A stretch of DNA of 53,500 bases from Tubiluchus corallicola (taxonomy: Eukaryota; Animalia; Priapulida): positions 1 to 53,500 of the forward strand of contig JAQGDQ010001232.1 of NCBI GenBank assembly GCA_030141605.1, given 5' to 3'. Each line of letters opens with the position of its first letter. The stretch's first letter is position 1. Positions 13,626 through 27,285 of the stretch are shown here, piece after piece. Below the pieces are notes generated by a model, which did not search any database, had not been told where the DNA came from, and worked only from the letters and a program-made list of their open reading frames with translations. A program made the translations under genes and the position numbers.

Positions 13626-14308
13626 AGGAAAAGTCAAGTCTTCTGGAAAGTTAGACTTATTTAAATGCTCGCGAAAATGTTAGAAGGATTTATAACAAAA
13701 TTGCAATAAGCGCCTCGTGTAATTAGTAAAATCACTATAAAGTCGCGATCACTTCATGCTTAGGCGCTCCCATTTTCAATACCCATTTTTCTTCCAATGA
13801 CGTCATTCGTCATTTTACTGATTTTACTATTATCACTTAAACTTAGAAAAATATAACGAAAAAATTTCCACAAAGGTGCCTATAAAGCATAAATTTAAGA
13901 TATACAACCTCTGAATAATAATTTTCAGGCGTGGTGGTTGTCACCATTCATTTGAATATTGTGACGTAACCGGGAGACTTCTTGAGTTTTCGTAAGAGCA
14001 TCGTAGCTTTCCCTAAGCGTACGTGCTGCTTGAACTAACTCAAACTTCTGCAGCTTACCTAACATTAACTGTAAAAACTTATTAAACTTTTGATGAAAAG
14101 TGCTAGTGCGCTGCTTTTCTTCAGGGTGAATGACGTCATTGGAAGAACAATGGGAACAATGGGAGCACACAGGCATGAAGTGATCACAATCTTAAAGTGA
14201 TTTTACTAATTACACGAGGCGCTCATTGCAGCTTTATTACTAAATCCTTCTAGCATTTTTCCCGAACATTGAAATAAGCCTAACCTCCTAGAAAACTTGA
14301 CTTTTCCT
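13626..14308. mobile_element. Kolobok-like MITE family K2, fold-back arrangement
   Basis: AGGAAAAGTCAAG...CTTGACTTTTCCT|TTAA with long inverted arms; 13820-14308 aligns with 37440-37997. Confidence 0.75.
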
Positions 14309-14922
14309 TTAAATATACTGCAAGATATTGCTGTTTTCATTAATACGTTTACCAACACATCAGCACGTGATATATCAGTGTAAACAACTACTAATTAGAG
14401 AATGAACCGCGCCATTTAACACAATTTGTTTAAGAGTCTGCGCTAATTAACACTCCTCATTATATTTGCCCTGCGCAATTTAATAGCAATTCTGTTCATT
14501 ATCGAATTTAAAAAATCAAATATCGCTAGCCGATTTCACGATCGTACAAAAATCTTCAAAATCGTTTAATTAATAAATTAATGGTAATGAGGAAGAAGTT
14601 AATTAATACTGACACGGATGCTAATTATCTGTGCAAATTTGCTGCTTTCGTTTCCAGCTTTGATTATGGCAGCTCAGTTCGCATTACAGCAACATAAACG
14701 TTTTGATGAAGATTTATACGACTAGGATTTATTGGCTGAATATACAAGTAGTAGAAGAGATATTATTTTTAATTAAGGACATTAAAGTCTTATTAAAACT
14801 GCTTTTAGTGAAGCTGACTTGAGCTGAATGATAATCAGCAAATCAGAATGAAACTATCCATCCTTACTCCACGGTACAACTGAACAACTCATTATCATTG
14901 CTATATATACTGATACTATCTG

Positions 14923-15318
14923 AATAACCTTTTCACAGTTTCGTTGTGCGCACGCGCAGTTGCTGTAGGTCAAAGGTTAAGTGTACGACAGCAGCGCGTC
15001 TTAACTACAACCGTCACGTGACGTGTATGTAAAGCAAAACCGGCTACCGCATCAGTTCAGTTACATCAGTTGTTTTATTTGGACTTTATTTAATTATGCA
15101 TTAATTTGTGCGTAGAGTGATTCACTAACAGGATCTTGCTTAGGAACAAGAAAAAAATGAACTAGGTAAGGCTCTAGCTAAGCTGTTAAAACTGATACTG
15201 TTACACCAGCATGGGCTGCGAGGCGTTGTCAAGGGTACACAAATGCGTTGTCTGGTACACTTAACCTTTGACCTTTTCACGATCGTCATCAATCGCTGGA
15301 ACTGCGAAAAGGCTTATT
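14923..15318 (+). mobile_element. ~350-400 bp MITE family H (TIR AATAAGCCTTTTCACAGTT), unclassified
   Basis: Inverted termini; copies at 19822, 25987 and 27286. Confidence 0.8.
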
Positions 15319-15361
15319 TGTGTTATTTGATTTTACTAAAAACAGTTCTACTGTAAGCAGT

Positions 15362-16596
15362 CAAGAAAATAGAACTGTTTGCATTGTTCGTGAATCCTTC
15401 TAATCCAAGAAAATAGAACTGTTTGCATTGTTCGTGAATCCTTCTAATCCAAGAAAATAGAACTGTTTGCATTGTTCGTGAATCCTTCTTATCCAAGAAA
15501 ATAGAACTGTTTGCATTGTTCGTGAATCCTTCTAATCCAAGAAAATAGAACTGTTTGCATTGTTCGTGAATCCTTCTTATCCAAGAAAATAGAACTGTTT
15601 GCATTGTTCGTGAATCCTTCTAATCCATGAAAATAGGACTGTTTGCATTGTTCGTGAATTCTTCTAATCCAAGAAAATAGAACTGTTTGCATTGTTCGTG
15701 AATCCTTCTTATCCAAGAAAATAGAACTGTTTGCATTGTTCGTGAATCCTTCTAATCCATGAAAATAGAACTGTTTGCATTGTTCGTGAATCCTTCTAAT
15801 CCAAGAAAATAGAACTGTTTGCATTGTTCGTGAATCCTTCTAATCCAAGAAAATAGAACTGTTTGCATTGTTCGTGAATCCTTCTTATCCAAGAAAATAG
15901 AACTGTTTGCATTGTTCGTGAATCCTTCTAATCCAAGAAAATAGAACTGTTTGCATTGTTCGTGAATCCTTCTTATCCAAGAAAATAGAACTGTTTGCAT
16001 TGTTCGTGAATCCTTCTAATCCATGAAAATAGGACTGTTTGCATTGTTCGTGAATTCTTCTAATCCAAGAAAATAGAACTGTTTGCATTGTTCGTGAATC
16101 CTTCTTATCCAAGAAAATAGAACTGTTTGCATTGTTCGTGAATCCTTCTAATCCATGAAAATAGAACTGTTTGCATTGTTCGTGAATCCTTCTAATTCAA
16201 GAAAATAGAACTGTTTGCATTGTTCGTGAATCCTTCTAATCCAAGAAAATAGAACTGTTTGCATTGTTCGTGAATCCTTCTAATCCAAGAAAATAGAACT
16301 GTTTGCATTGTTCGTGAATCCTTCTAATCCAAGAAAATACAACTGTTTGCATTGTTCGTGTATCCTTCTAATCCAAGAAAATAGAACTGTTTGCATTGTT
16401 CGTGAATCCTTCTAATCCAAGAAAATAGAACTGTTTGCATTGTTCGTGAATCCTTCTAATCCAAGAAAATAGAACTGTTTGCATTGTTCGTGAATCCTTC
16501 TAATCCAAGAAAATAGAACTGTTTGCATTGTTCGTGAATCCTTCTAATCCAAGAAAATAGAACTGTTTGCATTGTTCGTGAATCCTTCTTATCCAA
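15362..16596. repeat. 44-bp tandem minisatellite (TCCAAGAAAATAGAACTGTTTGCATTGTTCGTGAATCCTTCTAA), ~28 copies
   Basis: Near-identical head-to-tail units, no spacers. Confidence 0.97.
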
Positions 16597-17244
16597 GCTA
16601 TTTCGACATTGTTTGCGTAATCTCAGAGTAGCCCCACGAGTACCCCCACACCCTGAAATTACAATAAACTTACAAGCGAAATTACAACAAATTACAACAT
16701 GTACCTTTCTTAAAGGGAACTTTGCACTCCCTCGTTGCAATTTGACATGATGTTTTTGAAAACTCGGTTTCGTAATAACTTCATAAGCCGCAAGGCTTCC
16801 TCCAAATAACAGTCTACAAAAATGGAGCCATTGACTGGAAACTATTATATCTCCTAACCTGTGCCTATGCTTTTGTGAATACAGAAATTACTTGTACCCA
16901 CACGGAAATATTAAATATAATAAAAACACACCTTGTGCCCACCGGCTGTTCTGATAATATTAAAAATATTATCGGAGGTGGTAACGAAAACCAAGGTGGA
17001 AAACCCTCCCCTTGTGAGTAACTAATCGCTTATGTCAGCACAACACTGGTAATGATAATCACAGGTCTGGGAAATCAACTTCAAAACTGCGTATCATAAT
17101 TAATATCGATGAAACGATTAATTTTGCAGTTATGCAAAAATAGTGATTATGACAGCAATGATGATGGTTATTCATTAAGTAATTGTGCGCTACAAACAAC
17201 CTACAAAAACAATTCAGGAAATGGATAATTCCTATAAACGTAAC

Positions 17245-17477
17245 AACGATTATTATTATTATAATGATGGTGATGATCATGATGATGATGATGACGGTGA
17301 TGGTTATTATAACGACGAGGACGACAATATTTATGGTAGCATTGATGATAATCATGATGGTGACGACGAGGATGATGATGATATTGATGATTATGATGAT
17401 GACGATGATGATGACGATGACGACGACGACGATGATGATGATAGTGATGACGACTATGCTGATAATGATGGTGGTGG

Positions 17478-17508
<31 letters not shown>

Positions 17509-17530
17509 AATAATAATGATATTGATAAAT
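17245..17530. repeat. Degenerate (GAT/GAC/TAT)n low-complexity tract
   Basis: Trinucleotide composition. Confidence 0.85.
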
Positions 17531-18283
17531 TCAAATGGTAGGTTAGTTTGTAATTTCTCTCCCCCTCTTTTCTTGAGGATTTCTTGCGAAATGTGAACAT
17601 ATATATATTAGCTCGGATACACATGCGTTTTAATGTAACATAATATATCTTAACGTAACATAACGCAATGAAATTTGACGTTATGTAATGTAATACGTAT
17701 GTTAATGCAACTTATTTCAACATAGCCTACAAAATTCCTTATTGTCGTTGTTTATTACAACAGTTATTCCATCTTCGACAATCTTAAATAGATTATGAAA
17801 ATGTAGCAAAACTCTAATACCATAACTCAATTATCGCATCATGTTTGTGAGATACAAGTAAAAGCGGCGCACCGTCAAACCTTTTAGCAGTTTCATTCTC
17901 TGGTTGGTTATTTTTGTAGAAAGTCAATTTTTGTTGTGAAATTTCTAACATTCATCTCAGAAAAATTGCATTAAGCAACGCAGCTAAGTGTGTGTAATAC
18001 ATATAGAGCTTCTTTAGTATATTAAGTGTACTTGCGTAGGATGATAACCAATGCGAGTATTGCCGTTACCGTAACCCGATTAGGTTGTAATGCACCTGGT
18101 CCCCATCGAGCAACAATCTGAACTCGTTGAACCTGAATATTACCATATGCGTCTTCGTCGAGTGAGGATTCGCATTAGTTGCTACAAACTCTCAAAAATG
18201 ATATTATTATTATAATAATGAGCTTTTGCTTTAAGCTGTGACCTCTTCTTAACTTCTCAGTAGAAGTCAGACTGCTTAATTAA

Positions 18284-18695
18284 AGGAAATGTCAAGCCTT
18301 CTAGGAGGTTAGGCTTATTTCAATGTTCACAAAAAATGTTAGAAGGATTTATTAATAAACTATCAATAAACGCCTCGCGTAACTAGTAAATTACTTCATG
18401 CTTGGGTGCTTTTTTACCCATTTTAATACCCATTGTTCTTCCAATGACGTCATTCGTTTTGAATAAAAGTAGCGCACTGTCATTCTTCGTCAAAGGTATA
18501 ATAAGATTTTGCAAAAAAATAGATAGCTAATTTTGTAGTATTTTTGCGTGAGCATTATGTAAGCCGTAGATGTGGCAGTATATTTTAAATTTATGCTTTA
18601 TAGGCAGTTCTTTTCAAATTTCTTTATTATATTTTTCTTAGTTCCAGTGATAACAGTAAAAAAAACTCAACATACTGAGTAAATTGTTCTTTCTT
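18284..18695. mobile_element. Kolobok-like MITE family K2, internally deleted
   Basis: TTAA|AGGAAATGTCAAGCC...TTCTTTCTT|TTAA; reverse homolog of 37420-37997. Confidence 0.7.
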
Positions 18696-19209
18696 TTAAG
18701 GCGCTCTTGGCCTGTAAGCTTTCATATGATATTTTGTCTGATTTGAATGTGGTATGTAGCGTCGACGTCATTTTTGCTTATACGTTTGTATGTTTATCTG
18801 TAAGTTCGTTTGTTTTCGAAATTCCTTTCGTATTTTATTGCGTGTTTTCTACAATTTTTTTTTTATTTTTCGTCTTCCCTGTCGTTTCTTTTTAGTTTTT
18901 TCCTACTTCGCTTCTTTTTTTTCATTGCTTTCATTTTTTATTCACTTCTTTCTTCCCCTTTTCGTTTATTTGTTGGTTTGCATCTCGTTCACTCCACTTG
19001 CTCTCTCTCCTAGCACTCTCATGAATAATGTTTCTCAGTCCAAATCAATATTCTTGTGAATTAACTAATATCAGACGACCTACTCAGCCAGCAGATCGTA
19101 ACACATGAACTCTTGCAAAGTCACCATCCTATAATATTATACAGAAACATATCCGAAAAATTCAAAACTGATCACCCATTTTGCTTTACTATCGTTAGTT
19201 TATTACAGT

Positions 19210-19455
19210 AGTTTTAACTGTTTAAGAAATGAAATCGAAGACGAATTACACTTTGTTAGAAAATGTCCATATTACAGTGATCTTAGAGGAAAATTATATA
19301 ATCACATCAATGTAATTAAACCAGAATTTTTCCTTATGAGCGATGCTGACAAATTTCTATCCTTGATGGGAAGTAATGATTTAGAAGTAATTAAGATATT
19401 TATTGATAATGTTGAAAAAGGGTTTTTAAGGCACGATGAACAATATACTATATAA
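19210..19455 (+). pseudogene. 3'-terminal relic of a LINE ORF2 with zinc-knuckle remnant
   Basis: Translates FNCLRNEIEDELHFVRKCPYYSDLRGKLYNHINVIKPEFFLMSDADKFLSLMGSNDLEVIKIF...*; the C-x-EDExHF-xxx-C-xx-Y-xx-LR pattern is typical of non-LTR ORF2 C-termini. Confidence 0.8.
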
Positions 19456-19821
19456 TGATCATTTCATCGAAAATGAGGCCTAATGAATAACAATTTATTT
19501 TAAATACTAGTCATTAAACTTTTTATTTAAATAACTAAAATAAATAACAGGAAGATTTAATAATAATTGTTTTGTTACTAATTGTTTTGCTTGTATATAG
19601 TGTCATTATATTTCAAAATCGAAATTGTATGTACGTCTGTTTTTTCTTGTATTGTATGAATTTTTGACACTAATTAATATCTAAGTACTAAATCAACTTT
19701 TCGCTTTACAATACCATAGAATTTACTGTTAAATGATTAACCAGCCAATTGACTTTGTAAATGCATTTTTATTATTACTGTTGTTATCAGGTACGTAAGT
19801 TAATCAGCATCTGCTGATTGT

Positions 19822-20172
19822 AATAAGCCTTGTCACAGTTTCGTTGTGCGCAGTTGCTGTAGGTCAAAGGTTAAGTGTACCACAGCAACGCGTCTCAACT
19901 ACAATCGTGACGTGACATGTGGGTAACGCAAGGCATTAGTTCAGTAACTTCAATTGCTTTACATGGTCTTTACTTATTTATGCATTAGTCTGTGCTTAGA
20001 GTGAGTTACTATCAGGATCTTGCTTGGAAACAAGAAAAAATGAACTAGGTAAGGTTCTAGTTAGCTGTTAAAACTGTTACTATTACAATACCATGGGCTG
20101 CGATGCATGGTACACTTAACCTTTGATCTTTTAACGATCATGACCAATCGTGGAACTGTGAAAAGGCTTATT
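19822..20172 (+). mobile_element. MITE family H copy
   Basis: AATAAGCCTTGTCACAGTT...AACTGTGAAAAGGCTTATT. Confidence 0.8.
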
Positions 20173-20357
20173 GAGTCAATTGCTTTATCAAATCAAGGAT
20201 GATATTAATTGTGATGTCCTTTGTTCTTTTGTTAACACTGCACTCAGCACTTGCACCGTGGAGATACCTGTATCAGACCCAGTCTGTTTTGTAAAATACT
20301 ATATAAATAAAGTTTAAATTAACTTATATCATATAACAAAGACCTTTTTTCTTTAAA

Positions 20358-20560
20358 GGAAGGCAGGATGATTTTTCATATACTACCCCATTTTCAAGTC
20401 CGGTTTTAATTAACACAATTAATACTGCAAAAGCGTGAATTAAATAATCGGGCGAAATTGTGTTTGTGTGATAATAATTCTTTCAATATAAGTCATTTTT
20501 GAAAAAATACTGTGTTACCTTTCAATATTGTAAAGAGTAGATTGTTTTGACCTACAGTTT
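20358..20560 (-). mobile_element. MITE family K1, reverse, internally deleted
   Basis: TTAA|AGGAAGGCAGGATGATTTTTCATATACTAC is the reverse complement of the K1 right end. Confidence 0.7.
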
Positions 20561-21112
20561 AACGATTTTAAAGAAACCATTTTAAAGAAGCCATTTCCAT
20601 CGTCAAACTCCGACGTAAATGTGATCAAAGCTTCAACTTTTGTTTGAAGTGTAACCATCAACAACTGCATCTGTATCACCTTAATCTCGTCAATATTGAC
20701 AGCTGACGTTGTGATATGTTATAGATGCGTTGTGGTTTAAATCACTTGGCATGAATAATATATTTGATGATCGTAAAAATCTAATCAGTTTTGACGTCAC
20801 TGGTGTCTGGGTTCGCTAGTGGGACTGTTGATTTCTCTCAGACGTACTTGCGTACTTGGTTCATTGAGCTCACGCCACGCTGTACAGTATTTTGGGAATC
20901 AGGAAATACGTTCCCTTAATAATTTATCCCTAGTTGCAAAAATTAAGACAGGAATGTAATTGGCCTAAATTAATCAAGTTATTGACCCTTCGAAAATGAT
21001 CTTACACCCTCTTACGTGAGTTGAAACTCCAGTAGTTGACTGTCGTGTCTTTGCTGTTATTCATCCACGATTGTGGAATCGTTTACATCTATGCGCCAGC
21101 TGCTAGTATTAC

Positions 21113-21148
21113 ATCTAAAGGTCCCTGGTTCAATCCCGAGTTTTGGCG
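21113..21148 (+). pseudogene. Isolated 3' half of tRNA-Phe(GAA)
   Basis: ATCTAAAGGTCCCTGGTTCAATCCCGAGTTTTGGCG versus metazoan tRNA-Phe ATCTAAAGGTCCCTGGTTCGATCCCGGGTTTCGGCA (recalled; 4 differences in 36 nt); no 5' half seen. Confidence 0.75.
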
Positions 21149-22207
21149 CAATGTAAAGAAAGGGCGGAAATTTGAACGAAAATTTGATACTTTAAAGGGG
21201 GAGAGGCGCTGAATGTCCGAGGCTCCTAAATTACCCTTTCTTTAGTAACCAAAACCGAAAAACCTTGAATAAAAAAAGATACGTATTTATATGTAGACCA
21301 CTGTACTTACTTGTGTTTAATAAGCGCCAAAAAAGAGAAACGATTGATTGTAATGCTAACATATATATCTTGCATATTTATATTCACAAGACAACAGTGA
21401 AAACAAACAATCAGTATTAAACAGTGCGATTATCTATGTAAATTAATCATAATTAAGCCGTCTATTATCGAGTTATAACATTCGATATTCATTATATCTA
21501 AAAATAGGTTAGGTACAAGTTTAAAATCGCATTGCCAAGTTACTTTTACAAGGTCAAAATTACCTATGAATGCGGCTTCGACAAGTGTTTGAAATCGCGA
21601 CCGTTCTACACTTGCAAAACAAAATTTTAAAAAGTACTTAAAAAGCATATCGTTTCAGGCAGCATTACGGATCATAACAACATAATGTATACTAGAGTAC
21701 AGTATGATGGCTTTTAAAATCGACCTTATAATTTTAAAGTACTATTTACTAATATAATAATTTTGTAATGATCGTCGGCGCATATATTGTAAGTCATAGT
21801 AGACTTTTAGTTATGAAGCTATATTAATATAGCGTTATATAAAATGATAAATTATTATAATATTAGCAACTCGACTTCACCATTTACTGATGTCTATGAA
21901 AACATCATCTTCATCACCGTGCAAAAGCTGTTTTTAGAAACAACGCTGAAATATCCTGACTGTTTTTTCCCTGAAGTTCAAAATTCAATATTTTGCACGG
22001 AATTTATCATGGGATTAAGTTCATTAATTCTTTACTTTCACTAATTTTCATAAAGGGCTGTTTAATTTTCTAGTGTTGTTGTGTATTATTCTGCGACGCG
22101 GCTCCTTTGAAGTGTTTTATGTAGAATTGTGAAAATATTAAACGTAGCGTGTTCATTTTTGCGTTGACTTGTTAAGGACATAATGAAAAGAAAAAATAAA
22201 TTTACAA

Positions 22208-22575
22208 ACTGGAAATTTCCACTTTATAACTCCAAATTTCATTCTTATAACTCGAAATTTCAACTTATAACTCGAAATTTCCACTTTGTAACTCCAAATT
22301 CATCTTTGTAACTCGAAATTCAGCTTTATAACTCGAAATTTCCACTTTGTAAATCGAAATTTGACTTTCTAACTCGAAATTTCGACTCTCTAACTCAAAA
22401 TTTCAAATTCGTAACTCAAAATTTCCACTTTGCAACTCGAAATTTCCACTTTGTAACTCCAAATTCATCTTTGTAACTCGAAATTTCAACTTATAACTCA
22501 AAATTTTCACTTTGTAACTCCAAATTCATCTTTGTAACTCGAAATTCAACTTCATAACTCGAAATTTCCACTTTT
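22208..22575. repeat. ~20-21-bp degenerate minisatellite (TAACTCGAAATTTCCACTTTG)
   Basis: About 17 units visible. Confidence 0.9.
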
Positions 22576-22579
22576 ACGC

Positions 22580-22835
22580 AGGTAAGCGAAATGCTAAATA
22601 ATATAACTTTTCATGGACATAGTTTAGCATTTCCTTCTCTTCCCCTGATTTACGTTGTGCGTATATGACGTCACGTAATGGCGCCGTCGGTACAGTATTG
22701 CCAAAGATTTATAATAAAAACAAGCAAAAAACCCTTTCAATGTGAGTACGATATGCGCATGAAATTGCTATTAAGTAATATAATTTTTAAGGAGATTTCT
22801 CTGAAACCTACTTCGGGTACCCCTTTTCTTGTCCT
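22580..22835. mobile_element. MITE family K4 end fragment (reverse)
   Basis: CCTACTTCGGGTACCCCTTTTCTTGTCCT|TTAA, reverse complement of the 4533 copy. Confidence 0.65.
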
Positions 22836-22869
22836 TTAAAATTACTGTGATACATAGTACAAAGAATTC

Positions 22870-23185
22870 GATACGATGCGATGCGATATGATATGATGCG
22901 ATGAAGGCAATGCAATGCAATGCAATGTCACATACTGCATCATACTTCACTGCAATGCACTACGCCGCATTGCACAATACACCTGCACCGCACTGCACTA
23001 CACAGCATGACACAACCCAACACAACTCAACACAATTCGAGTAAACGTAACCCAATCGATCTTAGCCCCACCTAACCCAACCCAAAACAACACAGCACAT
23101 CACTTCATTACACGCCACTCCACAACACAACGCAACACTCAACACAACACAACTCAACTCAACACAACACAATAGCACAACACTG
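22870..23185. repeat. Degenerate pentanucleotide tract (GATGC/CAATG/CACAA)
   Basis: 5-nt periodicity. Confidence 0.8.
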
Positions 23186-23599
23186 TACTATGACTCACAA
23201 GCCCCACATTATGAGCTGATCCACCTACGCACTTTCCACCTATAAAAGTGACTGTCTGTTTTATAAGACAACGTTCTGTGAAATTAATTTTTTCACATCT
23301 TCTTAGAGAGACAATATCTCCATTAATGCTTAAAACATGTTCCATTTGAAATCCTCAGACAGTTACATAAAGAAGATTTTCACCTGGCTAAATAGGATTT
23401 TACTGTTTCATTAAAATGGCTTGGTAACATATATAATTTGGAATATTGCACCAAAATTCCACACATTCGTATTTCAATGCATTTATACGATGATTCGTAA
23501 TGTTATCAAAGAGGCTGAGTTTTCTTATTTTTCGAGCAGCATTTCCATTCTGAAGGCAGATAGTTTGTGGACGGCTAAACAGAGTGTCCTGTAGGGCAC

Positions 23600-25650
23600 A
23601 TTTTTGCGATCGTGTCCTGTTTGGCTACATTTTCTGTACGTCCTATTTAACCTATTTTTGTTAACATATCTTGCTTGGCTTATTTTAATCTCTTGTTTGA
23701 CCTATTTTTGCTAACTTGTCTCATTTGGCCTAATATTTTGTTAACGTGCTTTGCTTAGGTTTGACATTTGTTGCAGATTTTTGTTAACGTATCCTGTTTG
23801 GCTTATTTTTCCCAACATATCCTGTTTGACTTATTTTTCCCAACATATCCTGTTTGACTTATTTTTGCTAACGTGTCTTGTTTGACTTATTTTTGCAAAT
23901 GTATCCTGTTTGACTTATTTTTGTTAACATATCCTGTTTTGGCTTATTTTTCCCGACGTATCCTGTTTAACTTATTTTTGCAAATGTATCCTGTTTGACT
24001 TATTTTTGCTAACATATCCTGTTTGGCTTATTTTTGCAAACGTGTCCTGTTTGACTTACCTTTGCCAACGTATCCTGTTTGACTTACGTTTGCCAACGTA
24101 TCCTGTTTGACTTACGTTTGCCAACGTATCCTGTTTGACTTACGTTTGCCAACGTATCCTGTTTGACTTACCTTTGCCAACGTATCCTGTTTGACTTACC
24201 TTTGCCAACGTATCCTGTTTGACTTACTTTTGCCAACGTATCCTGTTTGACTTACCTTTGCCAACGTATCCTGTTTGACTTACCTTTGCCAACGTATCCT
24301 GTTTGACTTACCTTTGCCAACGTATCCTGTTTGACTTACCTTTGCCAACGTATCCTGTTTGACTTACGTTTGCCAACGTATCCTGTTTGACTTACGTTTG
24401 CCAACGTATCCTGTTTGACTTACCTTTGCCAACGTATCCTGTTTGACTTACCTTTGCCAACGTATCCTGTTTGACTTACGTTTGCCAACGTATCCTGTTT
24501 GACTTACCTTTGCCAACGTATCCTATTTGACTTACGTTTGCCAACGTATCCTGTTTGACTTATTGTTGCTAGCTTGTCTTCTTTGACTTATGTTTGCTAA
24601 CATATCCTGTTTGACTTATGTTTGCTAACGTATCCTGTTTGACTTATGTTTGCTAACATATCCTGTTTGACTTATTTTTCCAACGTATCCTGTTTGACTT
24701 ACGTTTGCCAACGTATCCTGTTTGACTTACGTTTGCCAACGTATCCTGTTTGACTTACCTTTGCCAACGTATCCTGTTTGACTTACCTTTGCCAACGTAT
24801 CCTGTTTGACTTACGTTTGCCAACGTATCCTGTTTGACTTACGTTTGCCAACGTATCCTGTTTGACTTACCTTTGCCAACGTATCCTGTTTGACTTACCT
24901 TTGCCAACGTATCCTGTTTGACTTACCTTTGCCAACGTATCCTGTTTGACTTACGTTTGCCAACGTATCCTGTTTGACTTACCTTTGCCAACGTATCCTG
25001 CTTGACTTACCTTTGCCAACGTATCCTGTTTGACTTACTTTTGCCAACGTATCCTGTTTGACTTACGTTTGCCAACGTATCCTGTTTGACTTATTGTTGC
25101 TAGCTTGTCTTCTTTGACTTACGTTTGCCAACGTATCCTGTTTGACTTACCTTTGCCAACGTATCCTGTTTGACTTACGTTTGCCAACGTATCCTGTTTG
25201 ACTTACGTTTGCCAACGTATCCTGTTTGACTTACCTTTGCCAACGTATCCTGTTTGACTTACCTTTGCCAACGTATCCTGTTTGACTTACCTTTGCCAAC
25301 GTATCCTGTTTGACTTACGTTTGCCAACGTATCCTGTTTGACTTACCTTTGCCAACGTATCCTGCTTGACTTACCTTTGCCAACGTATCCTGTTTGACTT
25401 ACCTTTGCCAACGTATCCTGTTTGACTTACGTTTGCCAACGTATCCTGTTTGACTTATTGTTGCTAGCTTGTCTTCTTTGACTTATGTTTGCTAACATAT
25501 CCTGTTTGACTTATGTTTGCTAACGTATCCTGTTTGACTTATGTTTGCTAACATATCCTGTTTGACTTATTTTTCCAACGTATCCTGTTTGACTTATTTT
25601 TTCTAACATATCCTACTTGACTTATTTTTGCTCACATATCCTGCTTGACT
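23600..25650. repeat. 28-bp tandem satellite (CCAACGTATCCTGTTTGACTTAC(G/C)TTTG), ~70 copies
   Basis: Homogeneous core with diverged flanking units. Confidence 0.97.
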
Positions 25651-25986
25651 TATTACGTTTATGGAAACAAATTACAACGTTTTATTACTTCTAGATTATT
25701 AAGTGAATAATAACAGATCTTAATGTGCTAATATATCTAGTTTGACTTATTTTTTCTACCGTGTGGGGTTACTAACCTGCAAGAAAATAAGCTTGTGGAA
25801 ACACAAATTACAACGTTTTGTTACTTTAGATTATCAATAATTAAGTGAATAATAACAGACCTTAATCAAGAGCAGTTATAACATTAAACTTTAAAAGAAA
25901 TAATGACACAAATCACAAATGAATTTCATCTAACTGCACTGCGTGAGCTGACATTTTGAAATTATCGTAAAAACTAATTGTCACAG

Positions 25987-26328
25987 TAAACCTTTTCACA
26001 GTTCATGCGATTGTGAAAAAGTCAAAGGTTAAGTGTACCAGACAACGTATTTGTGTACACTTGACAACGCCCCGCTGCCCAAGCTATTGTAATAGTAACC
26101 GTTTTAACAGCTAGAATCTCACCTAGTTCATTTTTTCCGCACAGAACAATGTATAATTAAGTAAAGTCCACGTAAAACAACTGAAGTTACTGAACTCATG
26201 TGGCAGACGGCTCTGCTTTACTCGCATGTCGCGTGACGGTTGTATCTAAGATGCGTTGCTGTGGTAGAGTTAACCCTTGACCTACAGTAACTGCGTATGC
26301 GCACAACGAAACTGTAAAAAGGCTTATT
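25987..26328 (-). mobile_element. MITE family H copy (reverse)
   Basis: Reverse complement of 14923-15318. Confidence 0.8.
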
Positions 26329-27285
26329 GTTATTGCTTGTCGGGAAAATAAAATTACTTAAATCTAACGGGAATAAAATGTAAAGTCCGTCCATACTGCA
26401 GTAAATTGTACATCGTGTAAACAATGCATTTAAACAGTGCATTCGCATTTCTCACACTACAAGAGTGTTGAAAAAAAATTGAAAGAAACTTCACGAAAAA
26501 CCGGAAAATTTTCTATTTTTACATGTCTAAAAATCACAGCCCCCTCAACTGCTTCCACACACCCACCGAAAACGCGTAGCTATGCTTTACCAATAGCGCA
26601 TGCGTTACAAAGCGCAAATCATCGATGTGAAATGTGTTTTTATATCCGTCTGTGCCTACACGAAAAGCTGTAACATAAAAGACGAGCTCACAAAAAAGAA
26701 AAACAATGGACCAGCCATTTACCATTGTTGACCTCGCTCGATACGTCATCATCAGCTATGCGTTGTTTCCTTGTAAATGGAACAAAAGCAGTCATGACAT
26801 TTCATAAATAACTCGATTTGTTTAGACTTTATTGCCTCCTAAATAGAATAAAACCTCCACACTTTATCATTTACTTCTCCGTAAAAGCCACACTCCCCCC
26901 GGACGCATTAGCTCCATCGACCTGACGCAGGGCGGCTCTAGAGGGGGAGCTAGGCTAGGTAGAAATTTCTTGCCTTTCTAACCTGTTACATCAGGTGTTT
27001 GGCACGCTTTGAGTGCCGCGCAATTTCAGCATCTCGCGATAAAACGCTTGTTTGTTAGAAAGTTACAATAAAGTTCACGAATGAGTCTTCATAACAATTA
27101 TAATTGCAGCCGCGCAATAAAGTGATTCTTTGTAGTTCACAATTCCGAGCTGACAGTGTTCATTTTAACGCGTAGAAACAAAGTATGGAGGCCATTTCAT
27201 GTCATAGCACGTATATTCCAGCCTGGAAAATATTATCTGGATACATCTGTATTTTTCAGACTTGTTTCACATGTACGAGTCTAAA

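Noticed and set aside
15362-16596. Possible CRISPR array (also the 31-, 28- and 38-bp arrays)
   Set aside because: Units are head-to-tail with no unique spacers, no cas genes are present, and the context is eukaryotic
17185-17541. Asp-rich ORF resembling acidic shell-matrix proteins
   Set aside because: No signal peptide, weak acceptor, overlapping frames also open, and same character as other GAT/CAT tracts; best explained as a decayed microsatellite
26725-26760. Minus-strand CTGATGA-T-GAC...GTC hammerhead-like string
   Set aside because: No GAAA box after stem II and no stem I
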